From Bacteroidota bacterium (GTDB lineage Bacteria; Bacteroidota; Bacteroidia; Cytophagales; Cyclobacteriaceae), in the NCBI GenBank assembly GCA_003973485.1, contig QNXU01000133.1, forward strand, positions 1 through 44,074: a DNA stretch of 44,074 nucleotides, read 5' to 3'. The position numbers were made by a program, and so were the translations under genes. The notes under the pieces were generated by a model. That model did no database searches and had not been told where the DNA came from. It saw only the letters and a program-made list of their open reading frames with translations. Positions 1 to 9,445 of this stretch are shown here, piece after piece. Every line of letters begins with the position of its first letter. Within the stretch, counting starts at the first letter, position 1.

Positions 1-2210
1 TAAACCTCACAATCTAATTCTATTGATAAATTAGATGGTTTTTTAAATTCACCTTTGGAAACTGGCAAGCTTTCATCTTCATATACTTTTTTCATGAATT
101 TTTCCCAAATAGGCATTGCCATCCTTGCTCCCTGACCTAATCCGATATTTCGGAAGTGAATACTTCTTTCATCTCCACCAACCCATACGCCCGCGGCTAA
201 ATCTTTAGTTACTCCAACAAACCAACCATCCGAGTAGTTTTGAGTTGTACCTGTTTTAGCTCCAATTTCATTTTCCTCTCGTAATTCCTTATCAAGTCCT
301 AGTGCAGTACCGCCTTCTATTTCTGTTGACCCTTTCAACATGTGAAGCATGGCATAAGCCGTTTCTGAACTTAATGCCTCTCCTGTTTTTGGTACAAATT
401 GTTTTAAAACTTTTCCGTTTTTATCCTCAATTCTTTCAATATAAAATGGTTCAGTGTAGAATCCTTCATTTACAAAAGTGCTGTAGGCACCGATAAGTTC
501 GTAAATTGAAACATCTGAAGTTCCTAGGCATAAGGATGGAACGGCAGCTAATGGGCTTTCAATTCCTAATCTTCTGGCATAGTCAACAACGGTTTGTGGC
601 CCTATTTTCTGCATAACATAAGCGGTTCCAGAATTAAGTGAACGAGCCATTGCTTGGCGTAAAGTCATGGTTTCACCAGAAAATTTACCCCCTGAATTCG
701 AAGGAGTCCAAGTAGGCGGATCTCCTGGGACTTCAAAAGTTACGGGTACATCTTGAATTTCGTAACAAGGAGAATATCCATTATCTATAGCAGCGGCATA
801 AACAATAGGTTTGAATGTTGATCCGGGCTGTCTTCTACCTTGCTTAACATGGTCATATTTAAAATATTTGTAATTGATTCCACCTACCCATGCCTTAATA
901 TGTCCATTATTTGGATTCATAGCCATAAAACCAGCATGTAAAAATTGTTTGTAATACCGTATAGAATCCATTGTACTCAAGGTAGTGTCAATTTCTCCTT
1001 CCCAACTGAAAACCTTCATTGGTTTAGGTTCTCTTAATTTCTCAAAAATTTTATCCTCATTATCTCCAAATTGATTTTTCCAATAGCTATATGCTTCTGT
1101 CCTTCTAGCTTCATTTTTTACAAAATCTTTTATCACTCTTCCAGATTCATCTCTCCAAGGAGCTTTTCCTTCCCAATGCTCATCAAAAAGTTCTTGTTGA
1201 AATTTCATGTGCTCTTCCACTGCTTCCTCTGCATATTTTTGCATTCTGCTGTCTATGGTCGTATATATTCTTAGCCCATCCTCATAAAGGTCATATCCAT
1301 TTTGTTTAGACCATGCTAATAAATCCCATAATATTACACCTCTAAAATAGGTGGCTAAACCATCATTATGGTTTTCTACATCATAATCCAACTCAATGGG
1401 CTTTGATGATATTGTATCGTAAGCAACATTGTCAATATAGCCGTATTTTCGCATTTGGTTTAAGACAACATTTCTTCTGTGAAATGCATTCTCTGGTTCA
1501 TAAACTGGGCTAAATAAATTTGGATTTTTACATAGGCCAACTAACACAGCCGCTTCAGGAATTGTAAGTTTATCGGGAGTTGTATTAAAAAAGGTTTGTG
1601 AAGCAGTTTTAATACCAAATGCATTGCTTCCGAACTCAAAAGTATTTAAGTACATCGCAATTATTTCTTTCTTAGTATAAGATCTTTCCAATTTAACTGC
1701 CACTATCCACTCTTTCATTTTAGCTATGATTAACCCTAATACAGGAACATCATTTAGGCTTCCATTAGATAAATCACTTCTTGTACGGAATAATATCTTT
1801 GCTAATTGTTGACTTATGGTGCTTCCACCACCAGCACTTTTATCAAACATTAGAATGGATTTGAAGAAAACCCTTCCTAAACCGTATAAATCGATTCCAG
1901 AATGTTTGGAATATCTTATATCCTCAGTAGCAATTAAGGCGTTCACTACATTTGGGGATAATTCGTCAAAAGTAACTTGGCTCCTATTATATCGATAATA
2001 TTTGCCCATTTCTTTATTATCTGCAAAATATAAAATGGAAGAAAGGTCACTTTTTGGATTCTCCAGCGATTTTAAACCAGGTAATTCCCCATACCACCCA
2101 TTAAAATTAATACTGATGCTATATATAAATAATGTAAAACTGATTATGGCTAAAAAGAAAAGTGACCATAATGCTATAATTACTTTTTTATATTTTTTTG
2201 ATTTTTCCAT
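1..2210 (-). CDS. Class A penicillin-binding protein (PBP1A, transglycosylase/transpeptidase); 3' end runs off the window
   Basis: Not in the ORF track; read by hand from ATG at 2210 (MEKSKKYKKVIIALWSLFF...). It has an N-terminal TM helix, transglycosylase motifs ATEDIRY..HSGID, GGGSTISQQLAK and YLN, and transpeptidase motifs QPGSTFK (SxxK), RSLN (SxN) and AKTGT (KTG). The frame reads ...SIELDCEV at the left edge. Confidence 0.93.
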   Translation of the reverse strand, partial: MEKSKKYKKVIIALWSLFFLAIISFTLFIYSISINFNGWYGELPGLKSLENPKSDLSSILYFADNKEMGKYYRYNRSQVTFDELSPNVVNALIATEDIRYSKHSGIDLYGLGRVFFKSILMFDKSAGGGSTISQQLAKILFRTRSDLSNGSLNDVPVLGLIIAKMKEWIVAVKLERSYTKKEIIAMYLNTFEFGSNAFGIKTASQTFFNTTPDKLTIPEAAVLVGLCKNPNLFSPVYEPENAFHRRNVVLNQMRKYGYIDNVAYDTISSKPIELDYDVENHNDGLATYFRGVILWDLLAWSKQNGYDLYEDGLRIYTTIDSRMQKYAEEAVEEHMKFQQELFDEHWEGKAPWRDESGRVIKDFVKNEARRTEAYSYWKNQFGDNEDKIFEKLREPKPMKVFSWEGEIDTTLSTMDSIRYYKQFLHAGFMAMNPNNGHIKAWVGGINYKYFKYDHVKQGRRQPGSTFKPIVYAAAIDNGYSPCYEIQDVPVTFEVPGDPPTWTPSNSGGKFSGETMTLRQAMARSLNSGTAYVMQKIGPQTVVDYARRLGIESPLAAVPSLCLGTSDVSIYELIGAYSTFVNEGFYTEPFYIERIEDKNGKVLKQFVPKTGEALSSETAYAMLHMLKGSTEIEGGTALGLDKELREENEIGAKTGTTQNYSDGWFVGVTKDLAAGVWVGGDERSIHFRNIGLGQGARMAMPIWEKFMKKVYEDESLPVSKGEFKKPSNLSIELDCEV

Positions 2211-2250
2211 TTTTTAGAATGTTCTAGAATTTAAGAGCACTATTTTAAGG

Positions 2251-4848
2251 CTATTGGGTTATTTCATAATTTGAATTAAAGAAATCAGTATAGCTATCAA
2301 TCATTTTTGCTTGATAGAATATCTGAAAATTATCTTTAGAAATGATAAAATTACTAAAATTTAAGCTGCTGAAATTCTTTAAAGGTGATAAATCACTATT
2401 AAATTTTTTGTAAAAGGCTTCTGCTATTTCTTTATCTTCAAATTCACTTAATAATATCATGGAGTTTTCTTCATCAAAAACTAGATTTCCAGCATTTAAG
2501 TCTTGATCAGGAAAAAATTTCTCTGCAAAAGACTCAATTTCTTGAGGGAGTATTCCTGACAATGCTTTGTTATTTTCATAGACTACAACAAAATAATGAG
2601 CTTGGTCGAAAAAAGGAATATATTTTATTTTTTCCTTCTGCTGTTGTTTTTTATCTAAATCATCAATTGCAGCTAATAAACCTTTAGCAAAATCATAAAG
2701 TTCACTGTTAGGATATTCTTTTAAGAAGGATTGTAATTTAAATTTGTAGGGGTTTTTTCCGTCAGTAATACCAGTAATAAGTGCTTCTAACAATTTAAGG
2801 TTGTCCTCATAATCATTTTCAGGATATTCATTGAGCCCGATGCTTATTTCTTCAGTGGCTGCTTTATAATCTTTTACTTCATAAAGTCTATAGGCTTTTT
2901 CATAAATCACTTTAACTTTTGCACTTGCCACGTTACTTTCTTCCTGATAATTAGGGTTTTCTACAAGTTTTGCGAAAATAGTTTCAGGGAATTTTGCTAA
3001 TAACTCTGATGAATATGTTTCTGATTTTGCTTCATTTTTATCCTTATAATAAATATAAAGAAGGTAAAGCAATTCCGCTTTATATTCAGTTTCAGGATAT
3101 TTTGATAGTAAAGTTTCATAAGTATTTACCGCTTCCTGTTTTTCTTGCAAATCAAAATTGTAGATGTTTCCTAGTTTATAATAGGCTACCTCCATCTCAT
3201 CTTTTAATTTAATTTGCTTTTCTTCTTCAAAAGGTATTGAAGAGAAAAACTCTTCCCTTTCTTGTGCTAATAATTCCTCTTCATTTAATTGAGGCTTTTC
3301 TTCCTCTTCTGAAGCTATTTGCTTTTCTTGTTCATCATTATCTTCCGAATCGAAAACTTTATCCCTTTCAATTCTCCAATTATCCTGAAGTGATCGATCT
3401 CCCCAAGTTCTTTTAAAAGTGCTTCTTCCTTGCCCCACGGTTGAAGCATCATAAAAATAAAATCCACCTCCAGGGGCAGTATTGGTTTGTATTTTGGGTT
3501 CATCATTGAAAGAACTGGTGTTGGTATTAGCACTTCTGATTCTTTTTTCTCTTTTCTGTCGTGCTGCTTCCTCTTTTTCTTTTTTAATTTTCTCATTCCT
3601 AAGAGTTAAAAACATTTCATTTAATGAAGTGCTATCCATATTAGCTAATGATAATAAGCTGTCATTTTCATTAATAGTATTTATTTGTTTAATGAAATCA
3701 GACAGCACTGATTGTCTTGTCTCAACCTGAGGATATATTTTTTCATCTTTTGGCATAATTTGGTAAGCACTATCATAATAAGCTTGCGCTAAAGGGTATT
3801 CTTTAAGTTCATCAAAATAGAGTAAACCTAATTTATGATAGGAAAAAGATTTTTGTCTTTCGTTATTTACACTTTCTGCAATAGATGATTTATAATAAGG
3901 AATAGCTTCTTTGATATTTCCTTGTTTTAATTCGAATTCAGCCATTTCGTAATAGATTTTATCTCTGAATTCAATGTTTTTTCCATCTTTCAACAGCTGT
4001 TCAAAGTATTTTCTGATTTTTTTCACGTCCTCACCTTTCGATAGCTCGGTAACTTGAGCCATATTGAGCCGAGCATAAAATGACAGTTCATAGGGAGGCC
4101 TGTTTCTTAAAACTTCTTTATAATTTTCGTATGCGAAAGCATCCAGATCTGATTTTTGAAAAAGTTGCCCTAATATAAAATGATATTTTGCTTTGAGGGG
4201 GCCTTTTCCCATAAGCTCAGTTGCGGCAGTTAAATATTTAATTAAATTATTAGGGTCATTGGCAATTTGAAAATAATGAGCTGCTTGTTGATAGAATTTT
4301 CGCTTATTGGATTTGGATAATTTTTGACGATTGAGATAATCAATTACGGCAAGGGCATTACTTAATTCATTATATTCAGTAAAAGTTCTAATGAGATGCG
4401 TTAATGCTTCATAGCGGGTTTGTTCATCTTCACTATTAACATTTACATATTTAAATGTTTCAATCGATTCTTCATATTCTTGATTAAGCATACGGGCTAT
4501 TCCCACTAAAATATAACTATCATCTACCCATTTGCTTACTTTATGTCTTTGAATAGCTATAGAGGCCTTTTTAATAATATCTTCAATTTTTTCAGTATTG
4601 GAGTTTACAATGTTTGTATCAATGGGAGCTTTTACTTTTAAAACTCTATTGAAATTATTCTGATGAGCCTCGTCAATTTCAAATAATACTTCTTGTAGCT
4701 TTTCGTTTGCAATAAAATATGCATTGTATTTGGCGGTCATGTTGTGATAACCATAGCTGACTAATCCTGAATTTTCAGGCGAACATGCTGCTAATGGCAG
4801 TATAATGCCAAATATTAGAATTCTATATAGTTTTTTTCTCTTGTTCAT
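2251..4848 (-). CDS. sprE: Type IX secretion/gliding TPR lipoprotein PorW/SprE
   Basis: Start moved from 4932 to ATG 4848, which gives a lipoprotein signal (MNKRKKLYRILIFGIILPLAAC). It has YHNMTAKYNAYF near the N-terminus, many TPRs, and FYFY...WGDRSLQDNWR. The bactofilin/atp neighbourhood matches what I recall for sprE. Confidence 0.8.
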   Translation of the reverse strand: MNKRKKLYRILIFGIILPLAACSPENSGLVSYGYHNMTAKYNAYFIANEKLQEVLFEIDEAHQNNFNRVLKVKAPIDTNIVNSNTEKIEDIIKKASIAIQRHKVSKWVDDSYILVGIARMLNQEYEESIETFKYVNVNSEDEQTRYEALTHLIRTFTEYNELSNALAVIDYLNRQKLSKSNKRKFYQQAAHYFQIANDPNNLIKYLTAATELMGKGPLKAKYHFILGQLFQKSDLDAFAYENYKEVLRNRPPYELSFYARLNMAQVTELSKGEDVKKIRKYFEQLLKDGKNIEFRDKIYYEMAEFELKQGNIKEAIPYYKSSIAESVNNERQKSFSYHKLGLLYFDELKEYPLAQAYYDSAYQIMPKDEKIYPQVETRQSVLSDFIKQINTINENDSLLSLANMDSTSLNEMFLTLRNEKIKKEKEEAARQKREKRIRSANTNTSSFNDEPKIQTNTAPGGGFYFYDASTVGQGRSTFKRTWGDRSLQDNWRIERDKVFDSEDNDEQEKQIASEEEEKPQLNEEELLAQEREEFFSSIPFEEEKQIKLKDEMEVAYYKLGNIYNFDLQEKQEAVNTYETLLSKYPETEYKAELLYLLYIYYKDKNEAKSETYSSELLAKFPETIFAKLVENPNYQEESNVASAKVKVIYEKAYRLYEVKDYKAATEEISIGLNEYPENDYEDNLKLLEALITGITDGKNPYKFKLQSFLKEYPNSELYDFAKGLLAAIDDLDKKQQQKEKIKYIPFFDQAHYFVVVYENNKALSGILPQEIESFAEKFFPDQDLNAGNLVFDEENSMILLSEFEDKEIAEAFYKKFNSDLSPLKNFSSLNFSNFIISKDNFQIFYQAKMIDSYTDFFNSNYEITQ

Positions 4849-4914
4849 TATTATTTGAAACGACCAATTTAATCGATTCATATAAGAAAAGTATTGAGAG
4901 TTGATGATATTATG

Positions 4915-4922
4915 TATTTTTG
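4915..4922 (+). promoter_or_regulatory. Bacteroidota sigma70 -7 element for the M23 operon
   Basis: TATTTTTG matches TAnnTTTG; a TTG lies at 4894-4896. Confidence 0.5.
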
Positions 4923-4944
4923 TGTCAAACAATAATTAACAAAG

Positions 4945-5814
4945 TTGCGAATTAGAAAAACAATGTCCAATTGGCTTACCACTCGATATCAAATGGTGGT
5001 AAGAAACGAAGAAAACTTAGCTGAAGTATCTACTTTTAATTTCACTTATGCAAAAGTAGTAGTTATTAGCTTATTAACATTTGTTTTGATATTTATTGGC
5101 GCATTATATTTATCGCAATCTCTATTGTCGCAGTGGTTTGATCCAAGGCATACTACTATGGAATATAATCAGAAATTACTTACCCTTACAATGGAGATGG
5201 ATTCATTAAAATCTAGATTGCGAGCACAAGATCGTTTTATAGGCAATGTACAAACTATTTTGAAAGGGGATATTCCTAAAGGAGAAACCTACCGAGAACC
5301 GGATCAAATTAAGACAGATGAATTGAATAAAGATATGAATCCACAAAGCATGAATGTTGGAGATTCTATCATTAGACAAGAATTTGAAGAGCAAGATTTC
5401 AGTTTAACAAGCTATTCTAGTAATAACTATTCAGAGGAATTGAAGGATATCTTCTTCTTTCCACCATTACAAGGAATAGTTAGCTCGCCTTATGATTTGA
5501 GTATTGATCACTATGGGATAGATATTGTAGCAAAAACTAATGAACCTGTAAAATCTATAGCAGATGGAACCGTTATATTATCATCATGGACTCAAGAAGG
5601 AGGATATGTGATTGCTATACAGCATAGAGCGAATTTAATATCTGTAGTAAGACATAATTCTGCATTATTAAAAAAAGTTGGTAATTTTGTGAATGCGGGT
5701 GAAGTAATCTCTATAATTGGTAATTCTGGGGAACTAACTTCTGGGCCACATGTTCATTTAGAGATATGGTATAATGGTAATCCGGTAGATCCGGAAGAAT
5801 TTATTACTTTTTAA
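4945..5814 (+). CDS. M23 family metallopeptidase (TM helix, coiled coil, LytM domain)
   Basis: Zinc motifs HYGID (HxxxD) and GPHVHLE (HxH). Start is TTG 4945 or ATG 4963. Confidence 0.9.
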   Translation: MRIRKTMSNWLTTRYQMVVRNEENLAEVSTFNFTYAKVVVISLLTFVLIFIGALYLSQSLLSQWFDPRHTTMEYNQKLLTLTMEMDSLKSRLRAQDRFIGNVQTILKGDIPKGETYREPDQIKTDELNKDMNPQSMNVGDSIIRQEFEEQDFSLTSYSSNNYSEELKDIFFFPPLQGIVSSPYDLSIDHYGIDIVAKTNEPVKSIADGTVILSSWTQEGGYVIAIQHRANLISVVRHNSALLKKVGNFVNAGEVISIIGNSGELTSGPHVHLEIWYNGNPVDPEEFITF

Positions 5815-5831
5815 ATATATAGGAAAAGGAA

Positions 5832-6272
5832 ATGTTTAATAACAAGCAAGATAAAATACAAATGGCACAAGATATCACAAGTTCCAGCAATACAATTGGA
5901 AAAGGAACTACTATTACTGGAGACTTAGAGACCTTTGGGAATATCAGAATAGATGGAAAGGTAATTGGTAATATTAAAACTAAATCAAAGTTAGTTTTAG
6001 GGAATACTTCTCATATTGAAGGAAATGTGTTGTCACAAAATGCAGAAATTGAAGGGGAAGTGAAAGGAGTAGTTGAAATTACTGAATTATTGGTATTGAA
6101 ACCTTCAGCGGTAGTGCATGGTGATATAATTACCAATAAACTTATTGTTGAGTCAGGGGCTACATTTAATGGTGAGTGTAAAATGGGTGTTTCAAACAAA
6201 ACCATTAAAATAGGTGAAGAAACAGCTAACGGACAATCAAATCCAAAAATTGAAAAAGCAAAAGCCGTTTAA
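5832..6272 (+). CDS. Bactofilin (polymer-forming cytoskeletal protein)
   Basis: Beta-helix repeats IGKGTTITGDL..GNIRIDGKVIGNI..GATFNGECKM; directly follows an M23 gene. Confidence 0.92.
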   Translation: MFNNKQDKIQMAQDITSSSNTIGKGTTITGDLETFGNIRIDGKVIGNIKTKSKLVLGNTSHIEGNVLSQNAEIEGEVKGVVEITELLVLKPSAVVHGDIITNKLIVESGATFNGECKMGVSNKTIKIGEETANGQSNPKIEKAKAV

Positions 6273-6462
6273 TAGTTATTTAAAATACTCTGGTCTTGCC
6301 ATTCAAATGGCTGTAACCATTTACCTAGGTAATTTATTAGGTAAGTATATTGATAAAGTTGCCGAAAGTGGTTCTGATATTTTCACTAAGATCATAACAC
6401 TTTTGGCTGTTTTTCTTTCAATGTTTGTGATCATACGTGAGGTGATCAAATCACAAGAATAG
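6214..6462 (+). CDS. AtpZ/AtpI family small membrane protein
   Basis: YLKYSGLAIQM followed by two TM helices, upstream of atpB. The true start may be the in-frame TTG at 6250; either start overlaps the bactofilin 3' end. Confidence 0.8.
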   Translation: MKKQLTDNQIQKLKKQKPFNSYLKYSGLAIQMAVTIYLGNLLGKYIDKVAESGSDIFTKIITLLAVFLSMFVIIREVIKSQE

Positions 6463-6467
6463 AATTA

Positions 6468-6872
6468 ATGTTTAAAAGATTAATAATCTTCACCCTCTTT
6501 TCTGTAGCTATTGCAATCATTGTCCTTTTTACACAAAAGTGGTATATTGACAGTGTAAATGGGACATTATCTTATTCCATCAATTCGATATATCTATTTC
6601 ATTTTATTGCTTTCATAACCATTGTCTTTTCTATAGAGCTATTAAGTAAGAGATTACCCGATCAGGTTGGCTACTTTTATTTAGCCAGTGTTTTTGTAAA
6701 GATTGGTCTTTTTGTACTGGTTTTTAAAGACACTCTTTTTTCTGATTCCCCCTTAAGCTTTTTGGAAAGACTATCTATTATTATTCCTTTCTTTATGTTT
6801 TTAGTGATGGAAGCAATCTATAGTGGTAGGCTTATGAATGCAGTAGATAATGAATCAAAATCTGGCAGCTAA
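6468..6872 (+). CDS. Four-TM AtpI-like membrane protein (DUF6168-like)
   Basis: Four hydrophobic segments, motif PDQVGYFYLASVFVK, and position immediately before atpB. Confidence 0.65.
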   Translation: MFKRLIIFTLFSVAIAIIVLFTQKWYIDSVNGTLSYSINSIYLFHFIAFITIVFSIELLSKRLPDQVGYFYLASVFVKIGLFVLVFKDTLFSDSPLSFLERLSIIIPFFMFLVMEAIYSGRLMNAVDNESKSGS

Positions 6873-6911
6873 AAAACTTAATAAAAAAATTATGTTTATT
6901 AAGAAAATGAT

Positions 6912-6919
6912 TACCTTTG
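6912..6919 (+). promoter_or_regulatory. -7 promoter element of atpBEFHAG
   Basis: TACCTTTG(C), a perfect TAnnTTTG about 30 nt before atpB. Confidence 0.65.
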
Positions 6920-6950
6920 CCCCCAAATTAAGGCTATCGTAAAAAGTAGA

Positions 6951-8036
6951 ATGATCAATCCAACTATAATGAGAAACACATTGTTGTTCGCACTTTTAAT
7001 ATCGCTTATCAACGTTAATTCGTTATTTGCGGTTGCAGGAGGTTCAGAAGAAGGTGGGCAAATAAACACCAAAGAGGAGATTAACGAATATATTCAGCAT
7101 CACTTGCAGGATTCACATGATTTTACTTTTTGGACAAATGGTAAAACTGGATCACATATAGGATTTCATTTACCAGTTATTTTGTGGTCCGATGGTTTGC
7201 ATGTGTTCTCATCAGGGAAATTTGATTATGGGCATGAAGTAGCTGAATCAAATGGTAAATACTTCACGCTATATCACGGTAAAGTTTATGAAACTAATGC
7301 TGATGGGGAAATCAATTTAGATGAAGAAGGTCATGCCACTAATGCTAAGCCTTTAGATATCTCAATTACAAAAAATGTAGTTGGGATGTTGCTTACCTCT
7401 TTATTAATGTTCTTAGGATTTATATCTTTAGCTAAGGGTTATAATAAAAGATCAATCCCTAAAGGAATAGGCAGAATTCTTGAGCCTTTGGTTATATATG
7501 TAAGAGATGAAATTGCAAGGCCAAATATTGGTTCTAAATACGAGAAATTTATTCCTTATCTACTTACTGTATTCTTTTATATCTGGATTTTGAATTTGTT
7601 GGGATTAACGCCATTAGGTTTCAATGTAACAGGAAATATTGCCGTAACAGTAGGTTTAGCTTTGATTACTTTCTTTGTGACTCAGTTTAGCGGTAACAAA
7701 GATTATTGGAAACACATTTTCTGGATGCCAGGTGTGCCAATTCCAATGAAAATTATTTTAATGCCAATTGAGGTGTTAGGAATGTTCACCAAGCCATTTG
7801 CATTATTAATTCGTTTGTTTGCAAACATCACAGCAGGCCACGTAGTAGTAATGAGTTTGATTGCATTAATTATTACAATGCGATCGCAGTTTGGTATAGT
7901 TGCTTCTTCAAGTATTTCATTTGGATTAGCATTTTTTATTACCCTAATTGAATTATTAGTCGCTTTTCTTCAGGCTTATATCTTTACAATGCTATCAGCA
8001 TTATTCATAGGTATGGCAGTAGAGGAGCATCATTAA
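6951..8036 (+). CDS. atpB: ATP synthase Fo subunit a
   Basis: IRLFANITAGH (essential Arg) and ELLVAFLQAYIF; Bacteroidota-type N-terminal extension with signal-like segment. Start could be the Met at 6969. Confidence 0.97.
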   Translation: MINPTIMRNTLLFALLISLINVNSLFAVAGGSEEGGQINTKEEINEYIQHHLQDSHDFTFWTNGKTGSHIGFHLPVILWSDGLHVFSSGKFDYGHEVAESNGKYFTLYHGKVYETNADGEINLDEEGHATNAKPLDISITKNVVGMLLTSLLMFLGFISLAKGYNKRSIPKGIGRILEPLVIYVRDEIARPNIGSKYEKFIPYLLTVFFYIWILNLLGLTPLGFNVTGNIAVTVGLALITFFVTQFSGNKDYWKHIFWMPGVPIPMKIILMPIEVLGMFTKPFALLIRLFANITAGHVVVMSLIALIITMRSQFGIVASSSISFGLAFFITLIELLVAFLQAYIFTMLSALFIGMAVEEHH

Positions 8037-8059
8037 AAGTGTATTTTTGTTTAATTTAA

Positions 8060-8263
<204 letters not shown>

Positions 8264-8282
8264 TTTAATCCAACATCAAAAC

Positions 8283-8321
8283 AACGCTATTTGTATGCGC
8301 TAGGCTGCAAATAGCGTTTTT
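8283..8321 (+). terminator. Stem-loop between atpE and atpF (partial terminator or mRNA stabiliser)
   Basis: AACGCTATTTGTA (8283-8295) pairs with TGCAAATAGCGTT (8306-8318): 13 bp with one G-U, then TTT. Confidence 0.6.
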
Positions 8322-8348
8322 AAAAACTTAAATTAATCAAATAAAAAA

Positions 8349-8849
8349 ATGGAACAATTAATAAATGACTTTTCTCCTGGCTTGTTTTTCATGCAGCTCT
8401 TCATTTTCCTTGTTCTCCTATTGCTTTTATCAAAATTTGCTTGGAAGCCAATTTTGAATTCATTAAAAGCAAGAGAAGGTAGCATTGCAGATGCATTGCA
8501 ATCTGCTGAAAATGCTAAAGAGGAAATGGCTAAATTGCAGGCTGATAATCAGAAATTATTGCAAGAAGCAAGACAAGAAAGAGATAAGCTATTGAAAGAA
8601 GCAACTGACATTGCTAATAAAATAAAGGAAGAGGCGAAATCTGATGCTGCAAAACAAGCAGATAGAATGATTTCTGATGCTAAAAATGCAATCGAGGTAG
8701 AGAAAAATGCAGCTTTGAAAGAAGTAACTACTAAGGTTGCAGAGCTTTCATTAGAAATAGCAGAAAAGCTTATTCGTAAAAACTTATCTGATGATAAGGC
8801 ACAAAAAGCTTTAGCAGAAGATTTTATGAAAGATTTAAAACTCAATTAA
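8349..8849 (+). CDS. atpF: ATP synthase Fo subunit b
   Basis: N-terminal TM helix, KFAWKPIL, long charged helix, IAEKLIR. Confidence 0.96.
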   Translation: MEQLINDFSPGLFFMQLFIFLVLLLLLSKFAWKPILNSLKAREGSIADALQSAENAKEEMAKLQADNQKLLQEARQERDKLLKEATDIANKIKEEAKSDAAKQADRMISDAKNAIEVEKNAALKEVTTKVAELSLEIAEKLIRKNLSDDKAQKALAEDFMKDLKLN

Positions 8850-8858
8850 TCTGATCAA

Positions 8859-9416
8859 ATGTCAGAATATAGAATTGCATCCCGATATTCCAAATCATTA
8901 ATTGATCTCGCAGTTGAGAAAAATCAACTGGAAGACATTAAAGAGGACATGGAACTTTTATCTAAAGTCTGTAAAGAAAATAGAGACTTTGTACTTATGC
9001 TAAATAATCCAATTTTGGAGAGCGTAAAAAAAGCAGCTGTTATAAGGGCGGTTTTTAAGGACAAAGTTCAGGAAATGACTTCTTTGTTTTTTGATATTGT
9101 CTCAAGAAAGCATAGAGAGTCTGTTTTGCCAGAAATGGCAAAGGTTTTCAAACAGCTTTATAATGAGAAAAAAGGAATAATTGCAGCAGAAGTAACTACG
9201 ACTTTTGCTTTGGATGATGCTTTGCGTGCTGAAGTAATAAAAGTCGTTAAAGAAATTTCTGGTAAAGAAGTTGAATTAAGCGAAAAAATAGATAAGTCTT
9301 TGATTGGTGGCTTTGTAATCCGAGTTGGAGATAAGCAAATAGATGAGTCCATTCAAAGCAAGATGAATGATTTAAGAAGGGAATTAACCCAATATCAATA
9401 TATCAAACAGATTTAA
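8859..9416 (+). CDS. atpH: ATP synthase F1 subunit delta
   Basis: IASRYSKSL..., IDKSLIGGFVIRVGDKQIDES; operon position. Confidence 0.96.
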   Translation: MSEYRIASRYSKSLIDLAVEKNQLEDIKEDMELLSKVCKENRDFVLMLNNPILESVKKAAVIRAVFKDKVQEMTSLFFDIVSRKHRESVLPEMAKVFKQLYNEKKGIIAAEVTTTFALDDALRAEVIKVVKEISGKEVELSEKIDKSLIGGFVIRVGDKQIDESIQSKMNDLRRELTQYQYIKQI

Positions 9417-9445
9417 AAAATTAATTAACCTATAATAACAGAATA

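Noticed and set aside
302-2217. Four short plus-strand ORFs in the track
   Set aside because: They are antisense shadows of the PBP1A gene, which the track missed because it runs off the window.
4849-4932. N-terminal 28 aa of the 893-aa ORF
   Set aside because: It would bury the lipoprotein signal and cover the divergent promoter; ATG 4848 fits better.
5821-5831. AGGA motifs before the bactofilin start as a Shine-Dalgarno site
   Set aside because: Short, oddly spaced, and SD use is rare in Bacteroidota; cannot be supported.
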